The translations under genes were made by a program, and so were the position numbers. Source: Cyanobacteria bacterium J06626_4 (GTDB lineage: Bacteria > Cyanobacteriota > Cyanobacteriia > Phormidesmidales > Phormidesmidaceae). Taken from it: a stretch of DNA of 64,000 nt. Positions 39,786-51,014 of the stretch are shown piece after piece. The stretch is taken from contig JBCBJQ010000018.1 in NCBI GenBank assembly GCA_038523235.1, positions 19,481 through 83,480 of the forward strand, in the 5' to 3' direction. The notes under the pieces were generated by a model. It ran no database searches. It was not told the DNA's origin and was given only the letters and a program-made list of their open reading frames with translations. The first letter of the stretch is position 1. Each line of letters opens with the position of its first letter.

Positions 39786-40221
39786 CGTCATACCTCAAAA
39801 ACATTAACTTGATGAGGAATTCACGGAAAAGCCCAGCGCTTCCGGAAAAGCCCGATGAATCCGGCAGGAGGCCTGATAAATCCGACGGGAAGAAAGGACT
39901 AGTCGTTGGGTGACTGTTGCCGAGCGGGTGAAGCGATGCCGAGTGTGCGGCCATTTCTCGCAACGACGAGACCCGTCAAAGCGAGTTTGTAGATACCTCG
40001 TAGCATCGAACGGGAGCTGAGTGTCATGGTTTCAGCGCGATCGCACTCAATTGCCGTCGTCAGCGATGATAATGGAGAGTACCAGACCGCTCAGATTGAG
40101 CGCATCGCGATCGCTGAGTCGGTGAATCCCTCAATCTCTAAAACACCAGGGAATTCATCGCTGAGGGCTGGCATAGCGGCTTAAAGGGTTCAATCATCGA
40201 GCCTGTGGAGACAGCACTGAG

Positions 40222-41001
40222 ATGGCAGTTCGGATCAATCAATTTTTAACGTGGAAACAACAGTCCCAGGCAGTCGCTGTGCTCACCGCTTGGGATTTTA
40301 TATCGGCGCAAATGGCCGATCAGGCCGGAGCCGATCTGATCTTGGTGGGCGATTCGTTAGCGATGGTGGCCTTGGGCTATGACACGACCTTGCCCCTGAC
40401 ACTAGAGGAGATGCTGCACCATGCCAAAGCTGTGCGCCGAGGCGTCAAAAACGCGCTGATGGTGGTCGATCTCCCGTTCTTGAGCTACCAGGTAGATACC
40501 GCTGAAGCGCTGCGCTCGGCGGGGTGCATGCTCAAGCAAGCGGGCGCCCAAGCCGTCAAGCTAGAAGGGGGCTATCCCCGCATGGCAGCGACGATTAAAG
40601 CCCTGGTGGAATCGGGCATTCCCGTCATGGGGCACGTCGGTTTGACGCCGCAGTCAGTGCACCTGACCGGTGGCTTCTACAAGCAGGGCAAGTCCCCCGA
40701 GGCCGCCGATCGCATTTTGCAAGAGGCAATCGCCATTGAGAAAGCGGGGGCTTTTGCCATCGTGTTAGAGCACATTCCAGCAGAGCTGGCCCAAGTCATT
40801 ACCGAAACCCTTACCATCACCACTATCGGCATCGGTGCTGGACCGCACTGTGATGGCCAAGTGTTGGTCACCGCTGATGTGCTGGGCCTGTCTGACTGGC
40901 AGCCACCCTTTGCCCCCCGCTATACAAACTTACGAGAACAGGGGATGACGGCGGCCAAGCAGTTTTGCGACGACGTGCGATCGCATAATTTCCCCACTTG
41001 A
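40222..41001 (+). CDS. panB: 3-methyl-2-oxobutanoate hydroxymethyltransferase
   Basis: 'LTAWD', 'ILVGDSL', 'VKLEGG', '[10 protein letters not shown]', 'IGIGAG..CDGQVLV'. Confidence 0.96.
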   Translation: MAVRINQFLTWKQQSQAVAVLTAWDFISAQMADQAGADLILVGDSLAMVALGYDTTLPLTLEEMLHHAKAVRRGVKNALMVVDLPFLSYQVDTAEALRSAGCMLKQAGAQAVKLEGGYPRMAATIKALVESGIPVMGHVGLTPQSVHLTGGFYKQGKSPEAADRILQEAIAIEKAGAFAIVLEHIPAELAQVITETLTITTIGIGAGPHCDGQVLVTADVLGLSDWQPPFAPRYTNLREQGMTAAKQFCDDVRSHNFPT

Positions 41002-41152
41002 GAATGCCAGTTGTGCTGCTGTCATGCGCGATCGTGACGGCTCCATTAAGCAGTACCCAGCTTGCTGGAAGACGCGCTGCTGCCAGTCACCAAAGCGATC
41101 AGTTCCCTTTTTTGATACTCTGCTAATTTCCCCTCCCGACAGGAAATTTCCC

Positions 41153-41509
41153 ATGGCACTCCAGGTTTACGGCATTCCCAACTGTGGCACCTGCAAAAAG
41201 GCATTGAGCTGGCTCGACAACAACCAAATTGCCTATGACTTTATCGATACCAAAACGGCCCCACCCACCCGCGACATGATTGCCGATTGGGTCGCAGCCC
41301 TGACGGCTAGGCCGATGCGTAACACTTCTGGGCAGGTCTACCGCGCCTTGGGCGAAGAGAAAAAAGACTGGAGCGATGAGCAATGGGTTGAGGCTTTTGC
41401 GGAAAATGCCATGTTGCTCAAGCGGCCTCTGTTTGTCAAAGACGGCAAAGCAGTGATGGTCGGATTTCGTGCTAAAGAAGCCGATCTACAATCAACCCTC
41501 AATAGCTAA
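41153..41509 (+). CDS. ArsC/Spx/MgsR family protein
   Basis: 'YGIPNCGTCKKA', 'LLKRP', 'VGF'. Confidence 0.9.
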   Translation: MALQVYGIPNCGTCKKALSWLDNNQIAYDFIDTKTAPPTRDMIADWVAALTARPMRNTSGQVYRALGEEKKDWSDEQWVEAFAENAMLLKRPLFVKDGKAVMVGFRAKEADLQSTLNS

Positions 41510-41589
41510 TCGCCATATTGTTTGAGAGCCGCTTCCTTGACATGCCCCTTATTCGCGGCGCAGACGGCTAAACCTGGCCGCCTGCGGCA

Positions 41590-41686
41590 CCTCTCCTTGA
41601 TAAGGAGAGGTTAATCAAAAGTTCTAGTTCCTCTCCTAAGCCCTCCGGGCAGGCTTCGCCAAAGATAAGGAGGGGAGAGGAGAGGT
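41590..41686. repeat. Palindromic dispersed repeat in two copies, the second interrupted by a ~25-nt insert
   Basis: cctctccttgataaggagagg (41590-41610); cctctcct[aagccctccgggcaggcttcgccaa]agataaggagggg (41630-41675). Confidence 0.7.
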
Positions 41687-41892
41687 CGCACAGCTAATCC
41701 AACCGCCACAGTCAATCGCTAAACAAAACCAATCTTTTCAAGGATGGGGTGATCATAGGTATCCGATTCCTTTACTTCCCCAGTGCGGCAAGTGCGGTTG
41801 TTGCAATTCGCGAAGTCGTTAGTCCACACCGGCAACGGGGCGAAAATCCTCGCTATGCTTGGGGAGACCGTCTGTGGTTCGTAGCTGCCATC

Positions 41893-43833
41893 GTGTATTC
41901 AGAGCGCCCCCCCCTCCTCAAAGAACCGGAACGCCTTGAAGCTTTTTTGAAAGAGCTTCCCCTCGAACCCGGCGTCTACTTTATGAAAGACGGCCGGGAT
42001 CAGATCCTTTACATCGGCAAGTCGAAAAAACTGCGGAATCGGGTGCGATCGTACTTTCGCGACACGCATCGCCACATGCCGCGCATCGCGATGATGGTGA
42101 TGCAGATTGTCGAGATTGAGTTCATCGTCACTGACACCGAAGCCGAAGCACTGGCCCTAGAAGCCAATCTGATCAAGCAGCATCAGCCCCACTTTAATGT
42201 GCTGCTGAAAGACGACAAAAAGTATCCCTATCTCTGCATTACCTGGTCAGAAGACTATCCGCGCATGTTTGTTACCCGCAAGCGGCGCAAAAACCTTAAA
42301 GATCGCTACTACGGTCCCTATGTTGATGCTGGATTGCTGCGGCGCACCCTGAGTATTGCCAAACGGACCTTTCCGCTGCGGCAGCGACCGCAACCGCTGT
42401 TTCGCGATCGCCCCTGCCTCAATTACGACATTGGCCGCTGTCCGGGAGTGTGTCAGGAACTAATCTCTCCCGAGGATTATCACAAGACGGTGCAGCGGGT
42501 GGCGATGGTGTTTCAGGGCCGCACCGATGAATTGGTCAATGCCCTGACCCACCAGATGGAAAAAGCCGCTGAAGAGCTGCGGTTTGAGCAGGCCGCTCTG
42601 TTGCGCGATCAGATTCAAGGGTTAGAGCGGCTGACGGCCAACCAAAAAGTCGCGCTACCCGATGACACGGTATCGCGCGATGCGATCGCCCTCTCTAGCG
42701 ATGAGCAGTTTGCCTGCATTCAGCTCTTTCAAATTCGGGCGGGGCGGCTGGTGGGGCGGCTCGGCTTTAATGCCGACGCCCAAGCCGGGACACGGGGCGA
42801 GATTTTGCAACGGGTGCTCGAAGCGCATTATCAAATGGTGGAGCCGATTGAGATTCCGGCAGAAATTTTGGTGCAGCATGAGCTGCCCGAGGGCGACATT
42901 TTGGCGGAATATTTGACCCAGCGGCGTGGGCGGAAGGTGGCGATCGAAGTTCCCCAGCGGCAGACCAAGGCAGAACTGGTCGAGATGGTAGAACGCAACG
43001 CCCAGTACGAGCTACTGCGCACCCAACGCGTTGCCGATCGCAATGCTCAAGCGATGCAAGATTTGGCCGAAGCGCTCGACCTACCCGACCAGCCCAAACG
43101 CATTGAAGGCTATGACATTTCCCATATTCAAGGGTCGGATGCCGTAGCCTCGCAGGTGGTATTTGTGGATGGGATGCCCGCCAAGCAGCATTACCGCCAC
43201 TACAAGATTAAAAATCCGGAGGTGCGAGCGGGTCACTCTGATGACTTCGCCAGCATGGCGGAGGTGATTCGGCGACGCTTTCGGCGCTATGCGGCTGACC
43301 CCGATAAGCAGCGGGTCGGCAATCCAGACTGGCCCGACCTCGTGATGATTGACGGCGGCAAGGGGCAGCTATCGGCGGTAGTTGAAGTGCTGCGAGAGCT
43401 AAATTTGCTGGCCGATCTGCATGTCGTCAGCCTGGCTAAAAAGCGCGAAGAAATCTTTCTGCCCGGAGAATCGCTGCCCGTCTCGACGGCAGCGGAGCAG
43501 CCGGGAGTGCAGCTCTTGCGGCGCCTGCGTGATGAAGCGCACCGATTTGCCGTCAGCTTTCACCGCAAAAAACGCAGCGATCGCATGCGGCGATCGCGTT
43601 TATCTGACATTCCCGGTTTGGGGCAGCATCGCCAAAAAGAACTGCTGGCAGCGTTTCGCTCTATCGACTACATTCGCGAAGCCCCGACTGAGCAGCTCGC
43701 CCAAGTGCCCGGCATCGGCCCCCACATGGCACAGCAAATTTACAACTACTTTCACCCCAATGCCAGTAGTGATGAGGCGATCGCCACCGTGGAGTCAGCC
43801 AGTGCTGTCAGTGTCGAGTCCAAAAGCGGTTGA
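41893..43833 (+). CDS. uvrC: Excinuclease ABC subunit C
   Basis: GIY-YIG '[19 protein letters not shown]', 'RIEGYDISH', 'IDGGKGQ', 'RDEAHRFA', HhH tail; GTG 41893 inferred (ORF extends to 41749). Confidence 0.97.
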   Translation: MYSERPPLLKEPERLEAFLKELPLEPGVYFMKDGRDQILYIGKSKKLRNRVRSYFRDTHRHMPRIAMMVMQIVEIEFIVTDTEAEALALEANLIKQHQPHFNVLLKDDKKYPYLCITWSEDYPRMFVTRKRRKNLKDRYYGPYVDAGLLRRTLSIAKRTFPLRQRPQPLFRDRPCLNYDIGRCPGVCQELISPEDYHKTVQRVAMVFQGRTDELVNALTHQMEKAAEELRFEQAALLRDQIQGLERLTANQKVALPDDTVSRDAIALSSDEQFACIQLFQIRAGRLVGRLGFNADAQAGTRGEILQRVLEAHYQMVEPIEIPAEILVQHELPEGDILAEYLTQRRGRKVAIEVPQRQTKAELVEMVERNAQYELLRTQRVADRNAQAMQDLAEALDLPDQPKRIEGYDISHIQGSDAVASQVVFVDGMPAKQHYRHYKIKNPEVRAGHSDDFASMAEVIRRRFRRYAADPDKQRVGNPDWPDLVMIDGGKGQLSAVVEVLRELNLLADLHVVSLAKKREEIFLPGESLPVSTAAEQPGVQLLRRLRDEAHRFAVSFHRKKRSDRMRRSRLSDIPGLGQHRQKELLAAFRSIDYIREAPTEQLAQVPGIGPHMAQQIYNYFHPNASSDEAIATVESASAVSVESKSG

Positions 43834-43967
43834 ATGATTTAGGGGGCGTCATCAATTAAACTCGAAAATCTGACGGTATGGGCACTACCGCGCCCGCTCC
43901 GCAAACCTAGTGCAGCGCCAAGTTTAAATTTGTGCATCCTCAAAATTGAAGAATAGGTGTCTTGTTT

Positions 43968-43988
43968 GGATGGGCATCTTGCCCGTTT
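43968..43988. repeat. REP-like short palindrome
   Basis: ggatgggca-tct-tgcccgttt, resembling the GGGCATCTTGCCCG palindromes I recall from cyanobacterial intergenic DNA. Confidence 0.45.
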
Positions 43989-44279
43989 TCCCGACAGGAA
44001 TCAATCCGGATTGCCATCGTTCTGAAAGTCAACAACCCACAAATTGAGCACTGACAGACCACTAGCTAGAGGCTGAACCGCTTTCAGTATCAGGACTCAG
44101 CCGCTAAATGATGACAGCCTCTAGCAAACGATTCAGGCATTTTCGCTGAGGCATCCTGGGTACTGGCAAATGTCGTGACAGCTCAACCTCAAGCCCTAGT
44201 GGCGCTCAGATCGCTGATTGCCGTTTGGATCTTGGGTAAATTAAGCGCACATGCTTCTTTGCAAGAGACCTGAATCGAT

Positions 44280-44744
44280 ATGCTCATGCTGGTTTTTCGA
44301 TTAGGAGACAATCGTTATGCAATTGCCACGCCAGCAATTGTGACCGTGCTCCCTCGGGTGAATTTGCAGCCCCTTCCTGGCAGCTCCCCGGCGGTGGCAG
44401 GCGTGTTTAGCTATCAGGGCCAAGTTGTGCCTGTGCTCGATCTCAATCAGCTTTTGCGGGGAGCGGCTAGCTCAGCCTTATTGAGCACGCGCATTGTTCT
44501 CGTTAATCAGGGGGCTCCTGATGAATCCACGCGGTTGCTAGGGCTGCTGGCGGAGCAGGCCACAGAAACGCTGGAATCGCATCAGGTTGAGGAGATTGCC
44601 GAACGCGTTGATTTTTGTCAAAGTCCGTATCTGAGCGAAATGCTGGTGTCTCAGCAAGACATTATTCAACAACTACAGATTTATAGCCTCCTATCTCAGC
44701 CAGCGTACGATGCGCTGATCGCTCAGGCCACAACGGCATCTTAG
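44280..44744 (+). CDS. CheW-like coupling protein (WspB-like)
   Basis: 'LVFRLG..RYAI', 'VAGVFSYQGQVVPVLDL', 'STRIVLV', 'LGLLAEQATE'. Confidence 0.88.
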   Translation: MLMLVFRLGDNRYAIATPAIVTVLPRVNLQPLPGSSPAVAGVFSYQGQVVPVLDLNQLLRGAASSALLSTRIVLVNQGAPDESTRLLGLLAEQATETLESHQVEEIAERVDFCQSPYLSEMLVSQQDIIQQLQIYSLLSQPAYDALIAQATTAS

Positions 44745-44750
44745 GGTGAG

Positions 44751-46091
44751 GTGCTGACGATGGATGGTCATTTTGAGCAGACCGAGGCTAGGGGCAACAT
44801 TGCGGCTTTGCTCAACCAACTGATTGGCCTGAACGAAACCTCAATTGGGTCAGCCGGAGTACAGCGCGCTATCGCGCAGGCCATGCAGGCGGCTGGATAC
44901 GGTAATGTCGAGGCATATTGGCAGCATTTGCAGGGATCTCAGGCTGCGATCGCGGCGCTGATCGAAGCCATTGTTGTCCCTGAAACTAGCTTTTTTCGCA
45001 ATCCTGAATCATTTGCTTTTCTCAAGCGTTGGGCGAGTCAAACCGGACGGCAACAGGCGGCTGAGGCACCTCTACGGCTGTTGAGCCTACCCTGCTCGAC
45101 CGGTGAAGAACCTTACTCGATTGCCATGACGCTGTTGGAAGCGGGATTGTCTGCCGAGCAGTTTCAGGTGGATGCCTTGGATGTTAGTGCATTCGCCCTG
45201 GCTCAGGCCGAATGCGGCGTGTTCAGTGCCTATTCTTTTCGCCCAGGACAGTCTGTGACGACATCGCTCGATGCCATGGTTAATCGCTATTTTCAACGGG
45301 AGGGTGAACGATACCGATTGAGCGATCGCGTGCGATCGCGGGTGCAATTCCAGTCCGGCAACCTGGCCGATCCGATGTGCCTTTACCAAACCCAGCCTTA
45401 CGATGTCGTGTTTTGCCGCAACTTACTGATTTACTTTCATCAGGCCGCCCGCGATCGGGCGATGCGCACCTTACATCGACTGTTAAAACCGAACGGATTG
45501 TTGTTTTTGGGCTATGCCGAAACCAATCAAATTCATCCCGATCAGTTTGAATCCATTCGCTCCCCCCAGGCATTTGTTTATCGCCGCGTGGCGTCACCAC
45601 CGGCTCGAAGGGGTGGGGCCGCTGCTGCGAATACCGTCCCCCCAATAGATCTGCCATTGCGACCAGGGTTATCCGTAACCCCTAAGACCATGGCTGACGT
45701 CGTTAAATCGATACCTATCAAGCCTCCCATCAACCCGACATTACCGTCAGCCATCAGGCCACCCCGACTGTCCCCACCCGCCGCCCAGATTTCCCTACGT
45801 GATATTCGGAGCATGGCCGATCGGGGCGAACTGCCGATCGCTGCTGCCCAGTGTGATCGCTACCTACACACCCATCCGACCAGCGCCGCCGCTTACCTCC
45901 TGCTGGGCGAAATTTATCAAGCTCAGGGAATCAATGAGGCGGCGATGCAGGCTTTCCACAAAGCCATTTACCTCGATCCGACCTGCGTTGAAGCCCTGTT
46001 ATATTTAGCCCTGCGGTATGAAGATCAAGGCCAGCTGGCCGCCGCCGAGCGACTCCGTCAGCGCATACAGCGGCTGACGGTCGACGACTAG
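44751..46091 (+). CDS. CheR methyltransferase with C-terminal TPR (WspC-like)
   Basis: 'VVPETSFFRN', 'LSLPCSTGEEPYSIAM', 'VFCRNLLIYF', TPR 'AYLLLGEIY..FHKAIYLDP'. Confidence 0.92.
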   Translation: MLTMDGHFEQTEARGNIAALLNQLIGLNETSIGSAGVQRAIAQAMQAAGYGNVEAYWQHLQGSQAAIAALIEAIVVPETSFFRNPESFAFLKRWASQTGRQQAAEAPLRLLSLPCSTGEEPYSIAMTLLEAGLSAEQFQVDALDVSAFALAQAECGVFSAYSFRPGQSVTTSLDAMVNRYFQREGERYRLSDRVRSRVQFQSGNLADPMCLYQTQPYDVVFCRNLLIYFHQAARDRAMRTLHRLLKPNGLLFLGYAETNQIHPDQFESIRSPQAFVYRRVASPPARRGGAAAANTVPPIDLPLRPGLSVTPKTMADVVKSIPIKPPINPTLPSAIRPPRLSPPAAQISLRDIRSMADRGELPIAAAQCDRYLHTHPTSAAAYLLLGEIYQAQGINEAAMQAFHKAIYLDPTCVEALLYLALRYEDQGQLAAAERLRQRIQRLTVDD

Positions 46092-46214
46092 CGTGGGCTG
46101 CCGCTGATCTGTTATCGCGATGTCATTGCTGGGAACCGTATGGGGTACCGGATGTTTTGTCTAGTCCAACCAGCTTCTCTTCATCATCTGGTTATATTTG
46201 GTTGAGAATCCACT

Positions 46215-48329
46215 ATGTTGAAGTCCATCAAATCGCAGCCGCTAGTTGTGCGTGGTCTGGCCATCTTTGTGCCTCTGCTGCTAGCGACGAGTGGCTTGTT
46301 CTTTCTGATTTATCGCTCCCAAGTAGCAGCTGCCAAAGATCGCTTAATTAGTCGGGAAGTCAACAAAGTTGAGGTCCAAAAAAAACTGGCGACTCAACGA
46401 TTTCAAGAAGTTGTGGCTGATCTCATGATTTTGGCCAACCAAGGGGATTTACAGGCGTTCGGTAGTGATTTGCTTGATCCTTCTGAGGCTGACAATGCCC
46501 CAACAGCAGATATGCTACGACAAAAGCTCATTACTGAATACTTTTTGTTTTCGAGCCAAAAACGGCTCTATGGTCAGGTGCGCTTTCTGGATCCGCAGGG
46601 ACAAGAATTGATTCGCGTCGACTTTGATCCAGAGCAAAATAACCCTGAAATCGTGCCCGATAGTGAGCTGCAAAATAAGGGCGATCGCTATTACTTCGAG
46701 GAAGCGTTTCCGCTCGGTCAAGGTGAGATTTTCATGTCACCGTTTGACCTCAATGTGGAACAGGGCAAGGTTCAAGAACCGTACCTCCCCATGATTCGAT
46801 TCGCGGCTCCCGTATTTGATCAGCAGGAGCGCCGAACCGGGCTGGTGGTGCTCAATTTTTTGGGTCAGAACCTGCTGGATCGCCTCGAACTAGATATTGA
46901 TGGCGCTGCTGGCCAGTTCATGCTGCTGAACTCCGCAGGCTACTGGCTGAAAGGTCCGACGCCCGAAGAGGAATGGGGTTTCATGTTTGACGATCGCCAA
47001 GACCAGACCTTTGCCCAACGCTACCCCGAGGTGTGGCAGGTGATGCAGGCCGATGGTACGGGCCAAGTAGAAACGGTAGAAGGGTTGTTCATCTTTACCG
47101 CCCTAGAGCCGCTAGCAGTGATTCAGCAGGCGACGAACCGAGCGGTGCAGGGCATTAGTCAGCCAGACGGGTCATCTTACCGCTGGGAGATTGTGTCTTT
47201 TGTCTCGCCCGAGGCGCTGAACGCCCTATCGCAACGGATTTTTGCCCAACTGCTGCCGTTATATCTCCTCGTGGTGGGGGTGATTAGCGTGGCCACGCTG
47301 CTGATTTTGAAGCAGATGCAGCTAGCGACCCAGACACAGAATCGTATCGTGGCGGGTATGGCGATCGCCGAAAAAATATCAGCCGGTGACTTGACCACCC
47401 GACTGGATCTGGGTGAGCGCCAAGATGACCTCAACCGACTTCTCCGAGCCTTCGATACCATGACCGAGCGCCTGAGTCAGCTAATCGGGCAAATTCAGGC
47501 GTCGGGCATCCAGGTGACCTCTTCGACCACCCAGCTCGCGTCCGCCAGTCATCAGCTAGAGGCGACGTTATCAGAGCAGGTGGCCTCGACCCATGAGATC
47601 AACGCCACCACCCAGCAGATTGCCGCGACCTCTGAAGAGCTGTCGCATCAGGTCGAGCAGGTGGCCAATCGTGTCAGTGTGACTGCCGCCACGGCTGGGC
47701 AAAGTCAGCAGGAGCTGAGCCAGATGGAACAGACGGTGCGTCAGCTCGTGATCGCCACTGACAGCATTAGCAATCGCCTCGGGCTGATTAGCGATCGTGC
47801 CAACACCATTAACGGCGTCATCAGCACCATCACCAAAGTGGCCGATCAGACCAACCTGCTGTCGCTGAATGCCGCGATCGAAGCCGAAAAAGCCGGTGAG
47901 TATGGGGCCGGCTTTGGCGTCGTCGCTCGGGAAATTCGCCGGTTAGCGGATCAAACGGCGGTGGCCACGCTAGAAATCGAAGACATGGTGAAAGATATGC
48001 AGTCCACCGTTGCGTCTGGCGTGATGGAAGTGGATAAGTTCAGCCAGGAGGTGAATCTGGGCCTTGACAGTATTGAAGGCATCACGCAGCAAATCACGCA
48101 GGTCATTGAGCAGGTGACGGCGCTTGACCCGCAGTTTACGGCCATCAACCAGAGCACCGAAGCCCAATCCGAAGGTGCCCAGCAAATCAGTGCCGCGATG
48201 GGGCAGCTCAACGACACCTCACAGCAAACGGCCCAGTCGATGCAGGAAAACTCCCGCGCGATCGCCGATCTAAATCAGGTGGTGCAAGGGTTTCAGCAAG
48301 AAATTGCCTGCTTCAAAGTGAGTGCCTAA
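46215..48329 (+). CDS. Methyl-accepting chemotaxis protein with Cache-like periplasmic sensor
   Basis: Two TM helices; 'LQNKGDRYYF..MSPFDLNVE..PMIRFAAPV'; HAMP; '[29 protein letters not shown]'. Confidence 0.93.
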   Translation: MLKSIKSQPLVVRGLAIFVPLLLATSGLFFLIYRSQVAAAKDRLISREVNKVEVQKKLATQRFQEVVADLMILANQGDLQAFGSDLLDPSEADNAPTADMLRQKLITEYFLFSSQKRLYGQVRFLDPQGQELIRVDFDPEQNNPEIVPDSELQNKGDRYYFEEAFPLGQGEIFMSPFDLNVEQGKVQEPYLPMIRFAAPVFDQQERRTGLVVLNFLGQNLLDRLELDIDGAAGQFMLLNSAGYWLKGPTPEEEWGFMFDDRQDQTFAQRYPEVWQVMQADGTGQVETVEGLFIFTALEPLAVIQQATNRAVQGISQPDGSSYRWEIVSFVSPEALNALSQRIFAQLLPLYLLVVGVISVATLLILKQMQLATQTQNRIVAGMAIAEKISAGDLTTRLDLGERQDDLNRLLRAFDTMTERLSQLIGQIQASGIQVTSSTTQLASASHQLEATLSEQVASTHEINATTQQIAATSEELSHQVEQVANRVSVTAATAGQSQQELSQMEQTVRQLVIATDSISNRLGLISDRANTINGVISTITKVADQTNLLSLNAAIEAEKAGEYGAGFGVVAREIRRLADQTAVATLEIEDMVKDMQSTVASGVMEVDKFSQEVNLGLDSIEGITQQITQVIEQVTALDPQFTAINQSTEAQSEGAQQISAAMGQLNDTSQQTAQSMQENSRAIADLNQVVQGFQQEIACFKVSA

Positions 48330-48527
48330 GGAAATTGTCTCCCACACCCAGTCCAACCTTGCTGTATTCCATGAAGGCAATGCTGTTAGTCGCCGCCAGC
48401 CAGAGGATGAAGGAGGTCAAATCCCCACAGCCTGCCGTGCTTGGTTGACCTATTGGCGCCTTTGGCACCCATTCAGGCGATCGCCACCGCTCCCTCAAAA
48501 TACTTCCTTTAGATTGCGTCGGACCCG

Positions 48528-50294
48528 ATGCGCGTAATTCCACTTCTTGCCCAGTTAGAACTCATGAAATCCAGCATCCAAATGACAACCAATACCCCTC
48601 AGCAAGGCATCAAACTCAACCAGTTAGTCTTTAGAGGATTTAGCGTCGTCGTTTTACTCACCGGCATGGCTACGGTTACAGCCCAGTTCACCACCCGAAC
48701 ACTCAGTGAATCAAACCGGTGGGTAGCCCACACCTATCAGGTTATCGCTGAGCTACGAGGACTCGAAAAGACGCTTGTTGATGCAGAAACTGGTCAGCGG
48801 GGATTTATATATACCAACCAGCCTCGTTATTTAGAGCCTTATGATGCAGCCATCGAAACCCTGGATGAAAGCTTTAGTGAACTCAAGGTCTTAATTGCTG
48901 ACAACCCCGAGCAGCTAGAACGGCTGGATTTAGTTGAAGACCTGGCCGACCAAAAACTAGAGGAATTAGCCACCACCATCGACCTCAAACGCCAGGGGCA
49001 AGAGCAGGCGACCCTCGATCTCGTTTTAACCGATCTGGGTAAGGAGATTATGGGCGAGATGAGGGAGGAATTGGCCAAGATGGTTGCCGTTGAGCAACAG
49101 TTGCTAGCAGAGCGTCAGCAATCAGCGGCGAGAATCAAAAACCTGGCCATCGCGGTTCACTGGCTCGGCCTGATCGCTATCTCGGGGGTCGCCATTATAG
49201 TTTCAATCATTATGACGCGGACTTTAAATCGTTCGTTACAAGCGGCCTTTAAAGTTGCCGAGCGCGTTGCTGAGGGAGATCTCACAGCTAATGTTGAAGC
49301 CAACAGCACGGATGAGATCGGTAAGATCATCAACCAGATGCAACACACGGCCCAGCGACTAGCCGGTCTCATCGGTGGCGTGCAGCAGTCGAGCCTTGAG
49401 GTCACCGATTCGACGACCCACATTGCCACCTCTGGCCAGCAGTTGGAAGCCACGCTGCGAGAACAAACAGCGACCACTGTTGAAACTGCCTCTACCGCTC
49501 AGCAGATTGCGGCAACTGTGCAAGAACTCGTCGCCACGATGGAGCAGGTGACCACTCTCTCCCAGGGGACGGCGACCGCCGCTGCCAGTAGTCAAATCAG
49601 CTTGGAGGAGATGAAGGCGACGATCTCGCACCTTTCTCAGGCGACAGGGGCGATCGCGAACCGACTGGGGGCCATCAGCGAACGGGCGAACGGCATCAAC
49701 GCAGTGGTGACCACTATTACTAAAGTGGCTGACCAGACCAACTTGTTGTCTTTGAATGCGGCGATTGAAGCGGAGAAGGCAGGAGAATTTGGCGCTGGGT
49801 TTGCCGTGGTGGCGCGGGAAATCCGTCGCCTAGCGGATCAAACCGCGGTCGCTACTTTAGAAATTGAGGAGATGGTGGGAGACATGCAGTCTTCTGTGTC
49901 GAGCGGTGTGATGGAAATGGACAAGTTCTCAGTGGAGGTGAACCAAAGTGTGGATGACGTGGTGCAGGTCAGCGGGCAGGTTGCGCAAATTATGCAGCAG
50001 GTGCAAGAACTCTCTCCGCGCTTTGAGGTGGTGAACCAGGGCATGGACTCCCAAGCCATGGGGGCACAGCAAATCAGTGAGGCAATGGCGCAGCTCAGTA
50101 GCGTGTCGCAGCAAACCAGTGATGCTTTAGAGAGTATCAATACGGCGATCGCTCAGCTGAATCAAACGGCTCAAAGGCTGCAGCAGGAGATGGGGCACTT
50201 TAAGGTGGGTGCGGTCACAGCGGGGGATGACGCTTCCCCTTCTTCTCATCCTCCGATGGGGTCGCGGCCACACTCACCGCTCCCAGCCGTTTAG
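48528..50294 (+). CDS. Methyl-accepting chemotaxis protein with CHASE3 sensor (WspA-like signalling domain)
   Basis: 'WVAHTYQVI...[15 protein letters not shown]' CHASE3; MCP core; true start may be ATG 48564 or 48582. Confidence 0.93.
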   Translation: MRVIPLLAQLELMKSSIQMTTNTPQQGIKLNQLVFRGFSVVVLLTGMATVTAQFTTRTLSESNRWVAHTYQVIAELRGLEKTLVDAETGQRGFIYTNQPRYLEPYDAAIETLDESFSELKVLIADNPEQLERLDLVEDLADQKLEELATTIDLKRQGQEQATLDLVLTDLGKEIMGEMREELAKMVAVEQQLLAERQQSAARIKNLAIAVHWLGLIAISGVAIIVSIIMTRTLNRSLQAAFKVAERVAEGDLTANVEANSTDEIGKIINQMQHTAQRLAGLIGGVQQSSLEVTDSTTHIATSGQQLEATLREQTATTVETASTAQQIAATVQELVATMEQVTTLSQGTATAAASSQISLEEMKATISHLSQATGAIANRLGAISERANGINAVVTTITKVADQTNLLSLNAAIEAEKAGEFGAGFAVVAREIRRLADQTAVATLEIEEMVGDMQSSVSSGVMEMDKFSVEVNQSVDDVVQVSGQVAQIMQQVQELSPRFEVVNQGMDSQAMGAQQISEAMAQLSSVSQQTSDALESINTAIAQLNQTAQRLQQEMGHFKVGAVTAGDDASPSSHPPMGSRPHSPLPAV

Positions 50295-50354
50295 CCTGCA
50301 GCGGTCACAAGAGTGATTTTGCCTCTGACCGGAACCTGACCCAAGAGACTGGAT

Positions 50355-51014
50355 ATGTCACACGATTGCTGGAATCAGATCGGGGTGCGCGGCGATCGCA
50401 CTTGCCCCACGCTAGAGACCGTCATTCATTGCCAAAACTGTCCGGTGTACAGTCAGGCGGGACGAGGGCTGTTGGATCGTCCCGCCCCGCCTGACTACCT
50501 GGCCGAATGGACTAAGCGCCTGGCGGGCGATCGCTTACCGCAGACGGAGGAAACGCTGTCGGTGGCCCTATTCCGCCTGGGGGCAGAATGGCTCGCGTTA
50601 CCCGGCGACGTCCTGCGTCAGGTGTTGCCGCCGAGCCCGGTGCATTCCTTGCCCCATCGCCGCGATCGCGTGCTCCGCGGGTTGGTCAACGTGCGTGGCC
50701 AACTGCTGCTCTGTGTCGCCCTGTCAGACCTGTTGGGCCTGGCCGCCACGCCGGGTGGAGCCGCTGATAGCTTGCCACCTGGCAGCTACGCGCGGCTGGT
50801 GGTGATGGCCCAGGGCGACGAGACCTGGGCCTTTGAGGCGGATGAGTTCTACGGTTTGCATCGCTGTCCCATGCCAGACGTTCACGCTGCCCCGACCCAT
50901 ACCAGCAAAATTCTGGCCACCCTGACGCAGAACATTCTGCACTGGCGCGACCAGCACGTCAGCTACCTGAACCGCGATCGCCTGTTCGATACCCTGCAGC
51001 AGCAAACGCTATGA
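50355..51014 (+). CDS. CheW-like protein with Cys-rich N-terminus (WspD-like)
   Basis: 'DCWNQIGVRGDRTCPTL..IHCQNCPVY', 'FRLGAEWLAL', 'GLVNVRGQL'. Confidence 0.92.
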   Translation: MSHDCWNQIGVRGDRTCPTLETVIHCQNCPVYSQAGRGLLDRPAPPDYLAEWTKRLAGDRLPQTEETLSVALFRLGAEWLALPGDVLRQVLPPSPVHSLPHRRDRVLRGLVNVRGQLLLCVALSDLLGLAATPGGAADSLPPGSYARLVVMAQGDETWAFEADEFYGLHRCPMPDVHAAPTHTSKILATLTQNILHWRDQHVSYLNRDRLFDTLQQQTL

